Positions 47,325-60,259 of a stretch of DNA of 64,000 bases are shown piece by piece; the first letter of the stretch is position 1; each line of letters starts with the position of its first letter. This DNA comes from Dipteris shenzhenensis (lineage: Eukaryota), in NCBI GenBank assembly GCA_047967505.1, contig CM106538.1; one strand, written 5' to 3'. Both the position numbers and the translations under genes were made by a program. The notes beneath the pieces were generated by a model. That model was not told the DNA's origin, did not search any database, and saw only the letters and a list, made by a program, of their open reading frames with translations.

Positions 47325-48240
47325 CTGTCGAATCTATTCAGAGGTCCATGTTCCGAGGTCAGGGTCCAATTCCCTATCACCATCTAAAGCAAATCATTTG
47401 TTATAGAAAAAAATTGGCATCATGTGGGAAGACATGTAATGCCTGTGTTCCCTAGCTTGTTATCGCTTATACCAAAGAGACTTAGACCAACAGATAGATT
47501 CTAAGTGTGAAAATAATAAAATTGAATGGATTTAACAGGGGGTAGTCCACACCCAAGAGTAAAGTCAACTTAATTGAAATAGTAGGCAGGGGGTAGTCCA
47601 CACCCAAGGGTGAAAACAATTAAATTAAAAGAATTTGTCAAGGGGGGGAGTCCACAACCAAGAGAAAAAGCAACTTAATTGAGTTACTAAGTAGGGGGTA
47701 ATTCACACACCAAAAGAGTCCACTATTTTATGTTGACAAATAATTGAAAAGGTAATCGATTAGTCCATACCCTAACTAAAGGCATTACATGGATCAATTA
47801 CATGGGCCGTTAATTCATTGTGGATTAAATTTTGTTGCCAAATTTCTGTAAAAATTCCTACACAATATTAACACAGTGGAGCAGCACTAGTATAGGGAGT
47901 GAGCCACAAGAAAAATAAAAAAGACATCTTAAGGGTGTGTGAGAAAAGAGGGGATTAACTATCTTTGGACATTTAATTCATGGGGGTTCTTCCACACCCA
48001 TGTTCTATAAATGAGAAAAGAAGTGAAACCATAGAAGATAAAGCAAATAATTTAGTAAAGGAAGCAAAAAAGCATAAAAATTAATAAAAAATATGATAAT
48101 CTAAGGATACTTTAATAAAGTTCTTAAATAAATAAAGCAATAAAGAATAAAGAGGGAGTAAAGGCAAATGAAAATCATGAATAAGTTTTAATAATTGCTT
48201 TAGGAAAAAATACAAGAGTCTAAAGTATTTTTGACCCAAA
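47325..48240 (+). repeat. Repeat module with clustered GGGGTAGTCCACACCC motifs (inverted counterpart of 59120-59945)
   Basis: Motif at about 47538, 47589, 47643, 47695 and 47760. TAGCTTGTTATCGCTT (47453) is the reverse complement of sequence at about 59836-59851. Confidence 0.65.
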
Positions 48241-48268
48241 TTAGATTAATTAAATGCTAAGGGGGTTT

Positions 48269-48520
48269 TGTTAGATATGCTCAATGCCCCACCCTCCTGG
48301 TAACCACCAGTGGTCCAAGGTGCTCAAGTTGTAAGGCCCCCATATGGGAAGAAGCCATGTGTGAGCCCGGGACACTCAATGGGGATCCTGACTTACACGT
48401 CAGATGAGGTCTATTAATGAGACCGTTGATGGTAGAAAGATGATTATGTGGGAGCCCCTTGCTCTCGCTGGGGTCTGAGGGCTAGCTAGCCTCCAGCTGG
48501 GGGGTCCCAGGGGAGCCAGC
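48269..48520 (+). repeat. Truncated copia-type LTR (same family as 50351-51050)
   Basis: TGTTAGATATGCTCAATGCCCCACCCTCCTGG start is identical to 50351. Confidence 0.8.
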
Positions 48521-48523
48521 AGT

Positions 48524-49345
48524 GTTTAGGGTTAGAGTAGAAAACCCAAGCAAATTTTATGATTTTAAACCCAAGACATCCTGCCACTACCACTTGCCCC
48601 TAAATTTTTGGAAACAATCAGGGTTATGGTTTTGTAATTTAGGAAAAAAAAATAGTTCTAATCAAATTTGGGAGGCCACTGACACCCTAGCAACCATGTG
48701 CATCATTTCAAGCCAAAAACCCCCTGGGAACCCTAAATCCAACATCATGCGACTTGAGCTCTGTTTCTGTAGTCAATCCATCACATGGTTGCTAAAGTGT
48801 CAGTGGCCTCCCAAATTTAATTTAGGGAATGAAAAATAAGATTGAGGGTTTAGGGTACAAAACCCAACCAAATGTCATGATTTTAAACTTAGGACATCTT
48901 GCCATTGTCACTTGCCCTGCCACTTGCCCCTGCCACTTGCCCCTGACACATGCCCCTGCCACTTGTCCCTCCCACTCCATGTGTGTAGACAATTAGGGTT
49001 ATGGTTTTTTCACAAATAAAAATCATATCTTTAAGAAATCTAATTTGGGAGGCCACTAGGAACCTAGCAACCATGCCCATCAATTTTATGCCAAAAAAAC
49101 CCCTGCAAGCCCAAAATCCAACATCATGCGACCAAAGCCCAGTTTTTGCACGTGCAAGCCCAAAATCTGACGTCATGTAACCACAGCCCAGTTTCTACAA
49201 AAACTGGGCTCTAGTTGCATGATATTGGATTTTGGGCTTGCAGGGGTTTTTTTGGCATAAAATTGATGGGCATGGTTACTAGGGTCCTAGTGGCCTCCCA
49301 AATCAGATTTCTTAAAGATATGATTTTTACTTGGAAAAACCATTA
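48524..49345. repeat. Two tandem foldback (inverted-repeat) modules, MITE/DNA-transposon-like
   Basis: Arms about 48665-48701/48782-48818 and 49001-49147/49199-49343. GGGAGGCCACT occurs four times in alternating orientation. Confidence 0.8.
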
Positions 49346-49419
49346 TTCTTATTAATTCTTGAAAAAGGATATTTTATTGATTTATATAATCTTTGGATTT
49401 TGATGTAATATGTTGGTTG

Positions 49420-51565
49420 CAGGATATTTTATGGGTTGATGAGTATACTAGACACAAGGGTGGAACCAAAGGGTGGTGGGGGGATGGCATCGATTAGCCA
49501 CTACATCAATAGAGTGGCTCAACACATTTTGGTGTTTCATCGACAATTATCGCCAGATGGAAAGATGAACATCATGAAGTTCAGGGTCCTCAGTCGGATG
49601 GTGAAGATGAGGCCCATCCATCCTACTGCCGATCATGTTGTTCTGATTAGGCGTAGTGTAGCTTTATTTTTGTTCTCGGACACATGATCTGGTCCGCTTC
49701 ATAGTATTATAACTATTACAGGACTAGCTGGCATTACATATCCCTTGGCTATAGAGAATGAAATTGTGCAGCCCTCTCTACTTTAGCAAGCAAGAAAGGG
49801 ATCTGAGCCAAGCAGGAAGAAGCGTATACCAGAGTAGCTTAGGCATTCAAGCTTTGATGATCTTTGTGATACTAAATGTAAATAATGTATGAGATGCATT
49901 AACCTTGTTGAAGATATCTTCCACTTTTTTGTTGCCTGTCCTCATGCCAGGAGAGTTTGGAAATATATCCAGATAGAATGTGGTGAACCTGTTAATTGGA
50001 AAGCCATTTTACTAGGAGATGCTTGCAGAATAAGGCAGGAGCCTTGGTTTATCATTAGGGCACATGCACTCCAGTTGATATGGATATCTAGAAATAATTT
50101 CCAATTTAACCATAAAGATTTTGCTACTGATGCTATGTTTGCTACATGGTGGAACAGGAAAAAAGGAGAATTGACTTCATCATTAGTGCTTACAATCTTG
50201 AGCACCAAAGATTAAGTGTAGATATTGCCAGGCACAAACTTTCATGTTTTATTTCAGATGAGCATGCAAAGATTCCTCCCTTTCTTCAAAGAAGATCTAC
50301 TTCAATAGGTGAACTCCTTCCTTCCTCCCCAGGCTCAACTCTCAAGCTTCTGTTAGATATGCTCAATGCCCCACCCTCCTGGTAACCACCAGTGGTCCAA
50401 GGTGCTCAAGTTGTAAGGCCCCCATATGAGGAGAAGCCATATGTGAGCCCAGGACATTGGATGGATCCTGACTTGCATGTCAGATGAGGTCTATCAATGA
50501 GACTGTTGATGGTAGAAAAATGATCTATGTGAGTCTAGCCTATGGGCTAGGAAGGGTAGGTAAGCTGGTAGCACAACGAGGCACATTGTCTTGATTGTGT
50601 GGGAGCCCCTTGCTCTCACTAAGGTCTGGGGGCCAGCGGCCCCCCTAGTGGGGGTTTAAGGGCGAGAGCCCCTGAGGCGACGGTATAGGAAATATTCTTA
50701 GAATATTCCATGGACGACTAGTCGGTTCCACTGACTAGGTTAACTGGTTGGCTCCACCGACTAGGTTGATTGGTTGGCTCCACCGACTATGTTGATCCGA
50801 CTACCACCCTCATAGCTATAAAAAGGCGACCTCCCCAGTCCATTGTATCATATTAGATCTTCTAGCTAGTAGCTCTTCACCTAGTATCTGTCTGGATCGC
50901 CATCTAAGCTCTATTGTGGAAGCACACGGGTGGACGGAGCCATCATCTATACTACATTAGTATTGAAGGAAAATTTTATTCATCTCCAGTTTGCTATGTA
51001 CTCTCTATTCTTTATTCAGTTTCTGTTCCACTGCACCATGTAATTTAATAGCTTCTAGAAGCAAAGTCCCCTCTACCTTTGATGTTGTTGGTTCTACCTT
51101 TGTTGCTGCTGCTATTGCTTCTACTCAAGTTACCTCTAATTTTGGAAGCCTCTCCATCAATTCCCCTTCTAAACAAACCCAAGCTACCTCTCCAGGTGAC
51201 AAAATGCAGATCCATGGCTCTTGTTCTTCTACACATAACACTCCTATGTCTGTTGATGCTACCCAACTGTCATCCATGTCTATTGACCCTATACAGGGTC
51301 TTGCTATTGTTCATGGATATTCCTCTGACACAACTATTGCTCAGGCACACTCTTCAGACACCTCTGCTACTGCTGCATTAGATGCTCAGGAAGATACCTT
51401 CAGCTTTTCATTTCATTCTTGAGATGTTTGCTGTAGGATGTTATACTTTTGAATATTCTCAGGATGTAAGGTTACAATAGGCATTTCTGGCTCTACCCTT
51501 TTTTTGGATGTATGTCATGATATAAATCAATAAATATACTACTTTTTTTTGCCCCAAAAAAAAAA
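49420..51565 (+). mobile_element. L1-type LINE 3' end (zf-RVT region, Ser/Thr-rich tail, poly-A), interrupted by a solo LTR
   Basis: CINLVEDIFHFFVACPHARRVW...LIWISRN...F. The reading continues across the GCTTC TSD; AATAAA at about 51529 and A-run at 51556-51565. Confidence 0.7.
50351..51050 (+). mobile_element. Solo LTR (700 bp) with GCTTC target-site duplication
   Basis: TGTTAG...TTAATA (CA mutated to TA), GCTTC at 50346-50350 and 51051-51055, TATAAAA at about 50817, and an internal tandem repeat of about 26 bp at about 50729-50797. Confidence 0.85.
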
Positions 51566-52871
51566 CTCCCCATCCCCTTCTGGGACAAGGTCAACATAAT
51601 CGCAATGGTGGTTGACTCATGTTGTGAACTGGAGGATTGAAATGGATTGGATCAATTACAAGGGAAGAATTTGAGGCGGAGGGCGATGGAGATTTGGATG
51701 GAGCATAGTTGCATGTAGAATTGTCGAGAGGTCGATTGGGTAAGTCCTCCTCAAGTTCGATTGTTGATGTATGTGTGTTAGGGGGTTTAGAGATAAGTCA
51801 GTGTATAAGGTATGGAAATTCTATAATTGTGCCTAGGATTATCCCTCTTGAGTGCAGGAATGTACCGATGAAGACGGATTGTCAATACAATGTCACGGGT
51901 GAAAGTTATGAGAAAATTAGTGCAAAAATTAGCCCACATGGGGGCACGAGCTAATGAGTGCAAGGGATCCCCAAATGGTGTGTAATGGGATGTAAAACTT
52001 CCTTGTATCAAGGTGTTTACGTGTGTGAAACCATGGTTCAAACGGGTTTCAATTTGGCTGTGAAATGATTGAGTTATGGTCCATTAAAGTTATGGTGAAA
52101 CTAGGTTTTTGAGGGGTTCTTAAACTTTAAGTCTAGGTCTGAATAGGTCCTAGACTTAAAGAAACTAAACTAGGTTTAGTGAGGCTAACTAATTGGTCTA
52201 ATTGTTTGTTTAACCTAACTAACCTAACTGTCCAATTAGTCTAATTATCTAGTAAGTCTTTCTAGATAATTACCACCTCTTTTAGGCCCTTCTCTTCATT
52301 ATTTTACCCCCCCTTGCATAACTACACACACACACCCGCACTCACTTATCCATTATTACACACTTACCCCCTTTTGTATATCTCTCTTAAGCTTTTTGCA
52401 ATTGAGATTAATAAAAACCTTGTCCCCCTTGGGTACTTGTTGCTTACCATTGTTTGTTATTAAAACATTGGTTCCTTTTAATTATGTCTTGTCCTTTAAC
52501 ATACCCCCCTTGACATGAGTTGAAGTTTTGACCCTTAAATGATAAAATGTAATCCTAAACATTGGTTTTATCTTAAACATGTCTTCTTCTTTAACATACC
52601 CCCTCTCACCTTCTTGTCATGAGTTGTTGTTTCCCTAAACCCCTATAGTGTTTTTGTTTTTAAACCCCCTCTCCCTATCCTATGTAAAATTAAATAATCC
52701 CCTCATAAAGGTATTTTTTCCTAATTTATTAAAAATACCTTCGCATTAAAAAGTTATTTAATTAGTTCTTTTTTAGCCCACTTACCAAAGCTGCTAATCA
52801 TAACCAACTTTTTTCCCCCTCAAAACACCCCACCAAGAATGGAATTTACCCCCCACTAGTAACCTATCTCT

Positions 52872-55800
52872 TGTAAGAAAATAATACATCTGTGCTCAAC
52901 AGATAGCAGGATCTCGTACGCAAGAGACAAAACAAGATAGTATGGAGAATAAAAAGTTTGATTACTATAGAATTGATACAATAGATGGTGCTACCTCCCA
53001 ACCGTGTGCTCCTATGAAAGAAGCTTCGATGGCGTGCTGGAAACAGTAGAAGACGGAGGCTGGATGCTAAGGAATCAGGGTTGCTATAGCCAATGATGAA
53101 ATGGGCTTCACGGGCTTGCTCTTATGTAGCCACCAATCGTAGTCGGTTAGGCTCAATTGGGTGACTGACCCAGTCCGCCCAAAACGGTCGACTGGGGCTT
53201 GGTCCCGGAATAGGCCACCGACCATATGATAGAACCGGTGCGCAAAACAGAACAACTGACCTACGGCTACCGTTAGGCCTAGAGCCATCCGGGATCATCT
53301 GCAGCTCCAAATGGGCCCCGCAACCCGAGAGTGGGTTGCCCTGAGAAATGCTCTGTCTACCCTCAGTGCGGTCAATCAAGGGATGCCTTCCCACACTTGC
53401 ATGTAGCCTAGTTGGTGGTGTGCCAACTCTATCTGAAGCCAGCTAGCCATAAAGCCACACATGGCCCCCATATGGTATCCAAACCAAGACCTACCAGATA
53501 ACCGAGCTACTCAAATGCCTTCTCCTCATATGGGGGGCTTACAAGTAGAGTTAGCTGGCTCCTGCGTAGTTACACGAGAGTGGAGCATTGATATCTAACA
53601 CCCCCCCTCAATGTCCACCTGCAAGTGAACTTACTTTTTCGACCCAATGCCAAGTCGATGAAGATGCCTCTCCAGCAAGTCTCTTCCAAGTGCCTTCATG
53701 AAGATGTCCGCAACATTCTTTGTAGTCGGATAGTACACCAAGTCGACCTCTCCATCCATGATGAGCTCGCGTACAAAGCGATATTGAATCTCAATGTGTT
53801 TTGTGCGAGCGTGGAACACCGGGTTCTTTGCAATCACCATGCAACTCTGATTGTCACATGATAACTATGTAGGCTTGTTCTGCACTACACCCATGTCCCC
53901 CAAAATCCTCCTCAACCACACTGCCTCGCAAGAAGCAAAGCATGCAGATTTGTACTCGGCCTCGGTAGAAGAAAGGGCAACTGTGGGTTGCTTCTTACTG
54001 GCCCATGACACAACTCCAGATCCAAGTGAGAAACAATAACCTGTCACTGATCTCCAACTGAACACATCTCCTGCCCAATGCGAGTCGTCACAGAATCCGG
54101 TCAAGATGTTGCCCTTGGTATGGTGATGCCATAATGCCTTTGATGTATTTCAGCACCCGCATCCCTGGCCTCCAATGGTTCTCCCGGTGCTTATTGGAAA
54201 ACCTGCTTAGTACACCAGTCGCAAAACTGATGTCCGGTCAAGTGTTGCATAGGTAAATCAAGCTTCCCACAAGCCTTCTGTACTTCGCTTTGTCCAACAG
54301 TGGTGATGAATCCACGTTTGAGAGCTTCGTGTCAACCTCCATAGGGGTACCAATTGTCTTGCACTCAGCCATGCCAAATGCCTTCAGTATCTCTCCAGCA
54401 TACTTCAGCTGTGAAATGAAGATCTGTTTCGGCTCCTGCAAAACTTCAATCCCCAAACAGAAATGCATCAGTCCGAGGTCTATCATTTCAAACTCTCTTC
54501 CTAGCAAATGCTTCGTCTGCAAGATCTTCTCTTCATGGTTCCCTGTTATGACAAGGTCGTCCACATAAAGGACCACGATAATACACCTGCCTCCTTCTCT
54601 GAAGATATACAAATTTGCATCAAATGGGCTCCTCCTGAACTCGTTTTGTAGAAAGTAGGCATCAATTTGCTGGTACCATGCTTGTGGGGCCTGTTTCAGC
54701 CTGTGAAGTGCCTTCTTCAATTTGCAGACTTTACCTTCTGAACCAGGGATCTCAAAACCTAGTGGTTGTTTCATGTATACCTCCTCCTTGAGATCTCCAT
54801 TTAAAAAAGCAGATTTCACATCCATCTGAAACATAGGCCAACTTCCTTGGGCAGCTAAAGCCAAAACACTGCGAATTGTGGTTAGTCGAGCTATGGGAGC
54901 AAAAGTATCTTGATAATCAAAACCATGTACCTATGCAAATCCTTTTGCCACGAGCCAAGCCTTGTACTTATCCAATGTGCTGTCGGACTTGTACTTGGTC
55001 TTGTACACCCACTTGGTTTCGATTACCTTGCATTTTGGTGGTCGATCCACAAGGTCCCAAGTGTTGTTCTTCATTATGGAGCCATACTCCGACTGCATAG
55101 CCTCCATCCACCTATCATCGCCTTGTGCCTCTTCAAGACACTTGGGTTCATCAGCATGGATCACTTTTATCATCAAAGCATAGTTGACCAAGTGTTCCTG
55201 CGCCCTTCTTTGCTCCTCTAATCTCTTGGACCGGCGGTGTTTGGATGGTTCCTCCTCAATGGCTAGAGGTTCTCTGCCATCCAAAAGCTGCTTTACCCAC
55301 TTCGGGAATGGCCGTTGCCATTGTGGTTCTACAGGCTCTTCTTCATTTTCTTTGTCTTGAATCCTCCCAAGCACCGTTGGGGAGTTTGGTCTGCTACTGG
55401 TGGCGGTACTGGATGGATATCCTGGTCCTGGTTGTCTGGGAAGGAAGCATCCTCCTCCAATTGATGCGGCTGTTCTGAGAAGACCACATCGTGACTTACA
55501 ATTACCTTCTTGCTAATAGGGTTATAGAGACGGTAACCCTTCGCCTCTTCGTTGTAGCCCAAGAAAATACACTTTCGGCTCTTCGGTTCCCATTTGGTCC
55601 TGGTAGCATCAGGGACATGCACACAACAGTCACATCCAAAAACTCTGAAATGTGCAGTTGAAGGTTTCTTACTAGAAAAGGCTTGCAGTGGAGTCATCCC
55701 ATTAACAACCTTCGTGTAGCTACGATTCAGGATGTAAACTGTAGTGTTACATGCTTCAGCCCAGAAAGTCTTTGGCAAATCTTTCCCTTTCATCATACTC

Positions 55801-58288
55801 CGGCCCATTTCACAGATGACGCGCATCTTGCATTTTGCTACTCCATTTTGCTATGATGTATGTGGTGGGGGTTTCTGCCTCTTGATTCCTTGACTTTTGC
55901 AGTAACTTTCGAATTCAGTTGATGTGAACTCTCCATCTCCGTCTAATCTCAAATTCTTCACCTTCCTCCCCGTTTCTTTCTTGACTATTACATGCCATTC
56001 CTTGAACCTACTAAAAGCCTCGTCTTTAGTCTTCAGGAAGTATATCCATATCCTTCTACTGTAGTCGTCGATCAACATCATGAAGTAGTAGGAACCACCC
56101 AAAACTTCTGTCTCCATCTTTCCATAGAGGTCCGTGTGAATGAGCTCTAGAGGAGCCGTTGCCTTGCTAGCCTCTTTAGGAAAAGGCTGCCGATGCTGCT
56201 TGCCCATCATGTAAGCTTCACATACATCGGGCAGATTTGAAATTTCTGGTAGGTCTGCAATCATTCCACTTTTATGCATCTCCTTCAAAGAACTAAGGTT
56301 TAGATGACCAAACCTCTCATGCCACAGCTTAGTGTTCTTCACATCCGCTCGAGCACTAAAAGCTGAGAGTTCATAAATGTTGTTGTGCCATGTACCTTTA
56401 CCAATGACCTTTCCTTGAAGATCCAGGATCTATGGATCATTCTTATCGAATTGAACTTTGAGGTCCCGATCCGTGATTGCGGAAACAGACACAACAAGTT
56501 CCTCTTGATATCTGGCACATAAAGAACATCGGACAACTATTTTACAACTCCATCTGACTTGAGAGCAATTGTACCTTTTCCTTTTGTTGGACATTTTGCA
56601 TCATTGCCGACTGCTACCAGGATGTCATTCCCTACCGCCTGTAGAGAGGTATACCAATCCTTCCGACTGGTCATGTGGCGCGATGCACCACTGTCAATGA
56701 TCCACAGTGCATCCGCAGGTACATGAACTGCCTCCATGCAAATCTCCTCAATTACAATGAACAACTCTACTGGTATTGCCTGCGCGCTGTTGCTGGACTC
56801 TTTCTTTACTCCGTTCTTCTCATCTGCAATCTTCTTTCGGCACTCATTTTGCTTGTGCCCTGCCTTGTTGAATAGAAGCACTTGATCTTCTTCTTTCTCT
56901 TTTTATCATCAGAAGAAGATGGGTTACTAGAGTCCTTATCCTTACCTTTCTTTGATTTGCTCTAGAAAGTCGAATCTTCTCCAGTCCTCATCTTTTGACG
57001 CATCTCCTCCTCCAAAAGCATCGTGCTGAAATCCTCAAAGTTGAGGGGTGGATTTTTGTTCTGCGTATTCAGCACCGTAACAAGACTGTCGTACTTTGGT
57101 GGGAGAATCCGTATGCACCTTCATGCTAGATTCTCTCTAGTGATGGTGATGCCAATCACAGTCATCTGATCACGCAGATTCTTCACCCTAGTGATGAACT
57201 TCTCTGCCGCTTCAGACTCAGACAACTTCTCGTTCGTGAGTTGAGTCTCTAAATTCTGAATCCACTTCTGATTCGTGGTCTCGTACTGATTTTTCAAGAC
57301 CATCCATGCCTCCTCCGCTGTGGTGACATGTTGAATTAACGCCACGATGGAATCACTAACACTGCAGACAATACAACACGGTGCATTTGCATTTCTTCTT
57401 GTCCACGCGAGAATCTCATCTGCAGTTGGTACTATCTGTTGTCTTGCATTGGATAGATCCGGTCTCGCAACCGGCCTCATGTCCACCCTAATAGTAGTGT
57501 CCCAAAGCTCGTATGCGCTTAGGATGGTCTTCATCTTGAACTTCTAGAGTGGATAGTTAGAGCCATCCAACTTTCCACTTTCGTCGAACGGTGGGATTCG
57601 TAGTCTTGCGAGCTGGGCCATCTCTCACAATCTACTCGCAAATAGAAACACACTACCAAATCTTCTTGCTAGAGTCCAGGCTCTGATACCATGTAAGAAA
57701 ATAATACAACGTCTGTGCTCAACAGATAACAGGATCTCGTACGTAAGAGAGAAAACAAGATAGTATGGAGAATCAAAAATTTGATTACTGTAGAACTGAT
57801 ACAATAGATGGCGCTGCCTCCCAACCGTGCGCTCTTGTGAAAGAAGCTTCGATGGCATGCTGGAAACAGTAGAAGACGGAGGCTGGATGCTAAGGAATCA
57901 AGGTTGATGTAGCTAGTGATGAAATGGGCTTCATGAGCTTGCTCTTATATAGCTACCACTCGTAGTCGGTTCGCCATCCGCGATCATCTGAGGCTCCAAA
58001 CGGGCCCCGCAACCCAAGAGTGGGCTGCCTGGGAAATGCTCCGTCTACCCTCAGTGCGGTCAGTCAAGGGATGCCTTCTTGCACTTGCATGTAGCCTAGT
58101 TGGCGGTGTGCCAACTCTATCTAAAGCCATTCAGCCATCAAGCCACACATGGCCCCCATCTGGTGTCCAAACCAAGACCTACCAGATAACCGAGCTACTC
58201 AAATGCCTTCTCCTCATATGGGGGGCTTACAAATAGAGTTAGTTGGTTCCCGCGTAGTTACATGAGAGTGGAGCATTGATATCTAACA
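52872..58288 (-). mobile_element. Full-length but pseudogenised Ty1/copia retrotransposon (5417 bp)
   Basis: LTRs 52872-53600 and 57692-58288, PBS TGGTATCAGAGC 57680-57691, PPT 53601-53610, TSD TCTCT/TCGCT (4 of 5). Gag from 57621, IDSGAS, HTDLYG integrase, YVDD, and STEAEY/TKHIEI to 53631, with stops and frameshifts. Confidence 0.95.
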
Positions 58289-58787
58289 TCGCTTACCTAT
58301 TTTTTATGCTTTCTTACTCCTTACCTCTTGATTAAGAGAGCTATTACATTATATGCTCTATACTTTAGTATCAAAGACTCATTCTTTTGGCCCGGAACAA
58401 CACACCCCTCCTTGCTCTCTGCCATGTTATGAGATAGGGAGGCTTCTTTTTTGGTGTGCAATCCTTCCTCCAAAGCTCATCTTTAACTACTCGTCCTAGT
58501 AAGAGAAAAATATACTCCTTTATTGTATCCTCTTCTATGCTCTCTCATGTTCGATTTGTGCCTGCTTGGGATGATGCTGGTGTTTAAACGTGTCGCCGCA
58601 CCTTTTGGCCTCCATGCTTTTGGTTCTTAGATTGGTTCAGCAAATTTTTTAGATGCCTTGTTCCCACTTTTTGTATCTCTTATTCTTGTATCATTATTCG
58701 GAGTGAGTCTCTCCTCATATGCTTTGCATCCTAGTCCTTGCCCTTAATTTCTTCAATAAGTTGGTTCTATTGATGCTTTATGTCATG

Positions 58788-59116
58788 CTCTCTTGTCTTC
58801 TAAGGCTTTGAAGATCCCTTGGAAATGTCTCACCTTGCTCACTCATTGGAGCCCTATAGTTGGTCTATCAAGCATCATGTCACTCAAACCATCTAAGGAC
58901 TCTCTTGAATGCATCTAAGTACTCTCCAATGTTATCGAGGTTCACTCTCTTGTCTTCTAAGTCTCTAAATATCCCTTGGAAATGTCTCACCTTGCTCCCT
59001 CACTAGAGCCATGTAGTTGATCTATCAAGAAGCATGTCACTCAAAGCGTCTAAGGACTCTCCCGAATCACAAGGGACTCTCCGCGTCTAAGTACTCTCCA
59101 ACATTACCGAGGTTCA
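58788..59116. repeat. Diverged tandem duplication (about 157 bp unit)
   Basis: CTCTCTTGTCTTCTAAG...ATCCCTTGGAAATGTCTCACCTTGCTC starts at about 58788 and about 58945. Confidence 0.85.
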
Positions 59117-59119
59117 TTA

Positions 59120-59945
59120 TTTACAAAAAAAAATACCTTTATTCACTTATATTCATTTTTCTATTTGAACTATATATAATTCTGGTATCCTTTCTATTTC
59201 TTTCTTGCATTCTTCTTTATTGTTTGGCCAATTATTTGCACTTTCTTACTCAATTTAAATTATATATTTTTTAAATTATTCAATTTAATCCCCCCTCGGG
59301 TTACCTTTGATGTGGACTACCCCATGTAGGAGTAGACTACCCTACCCCCCATTAATGAATCTTAATTATAACTAATCCCTTAGTATCATGTTAATCCCCC
59401 TTTAACTAATTGATTTTTTAATGGGAGTGGACTACCCCCCACTTATTGACATGTCTATAAAATGGTATTAGGGTGCTAACTACCCTCCTTAGCTCAAAGA
59501 CAAAATAACTACCTCAAGGGTGTGGACTACCCCCTTAGGCCTTGATCGATGCATTCCCCTAAGTGTTTAGACTACCCCCTAAGGCATGGTTCAACTCTCA
59601 ACTTATTTGTAATACTCTTTGCTAAAATATGTTAATGTCAATGGGTGTGGACTATCCCCCTTAATCTTACAATATTAATGAAAGGAGTGGACTACCCCCT
59701 TGATCTACCCTCTTTTGGAATTTTGACATAATGTAGTCAAGGTTTTTTTAGTGAATCCTTGTTACCCCTGCCTTATGAGCAATGCTAAAATGTATACACT
59801 TTAGAATCTAGAAGGTTGTTCTTGCCTTCAGGTAAAAGCGATAACAAGCTATATTGTTCTAACATATGGTTTATTTGGGTGGTGGTAGGTAAGTTGCCCT
59901 TGAGCTTAGAGGCCTTGCTACCTAATGGATTCAACATTTTTTTAA
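59120..59945 (-). repeat. Repeat module with clustered GTGGACTACCCC motifs
   Basis: About eight motif copies between 59311 and 59700; inverted homology to 47325-48240. Confidence 0.65.
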
Positions 59946-60044
59946 TGTTTCCAATCCCCTGTCAAACCTTCTAAACATGATAAAGTCAATACATTCGTTT
60001 TTTTTTGAGCTTCAAGTGTCATGATTTTATGGGGTATTTTTATT

Positions 60045-60063
60045 CACACACACAATTGCACAT

Positions 60064-60106
<43 letters not shown>

Positions 60107-60259
60107 CATACATACATACATGCATACATACATACATACATGCATGCACGCATACATATATAGGTACACATAGGTACACACTCACACGTGCACGTGCGTG
60201 CACACACACATGCACACACATGCACACGCACACGTGTGCGTGTGCATGCACACACACAT
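60045..60259. repeat. Compound (CA)n/(CATA)n/(CATG)n microsatellite
   Basis: Directly visible. Confidence 0.95.

Noticed and set aside
48269-51050. One LTR element bounded by the two similar LTRs
   Set aside because: The second LTR has its own GCTTC TSD inside an L1, the first is truncated, and there is no PBS/PPT between them.
59311-59700. Short repeats with variable spacers resembling a CRISPR array (also 47537-47775)
   Set aside because: Eukaryotic context, degenerate 12-16 bp motifs, irregular spacing and no cas genes.
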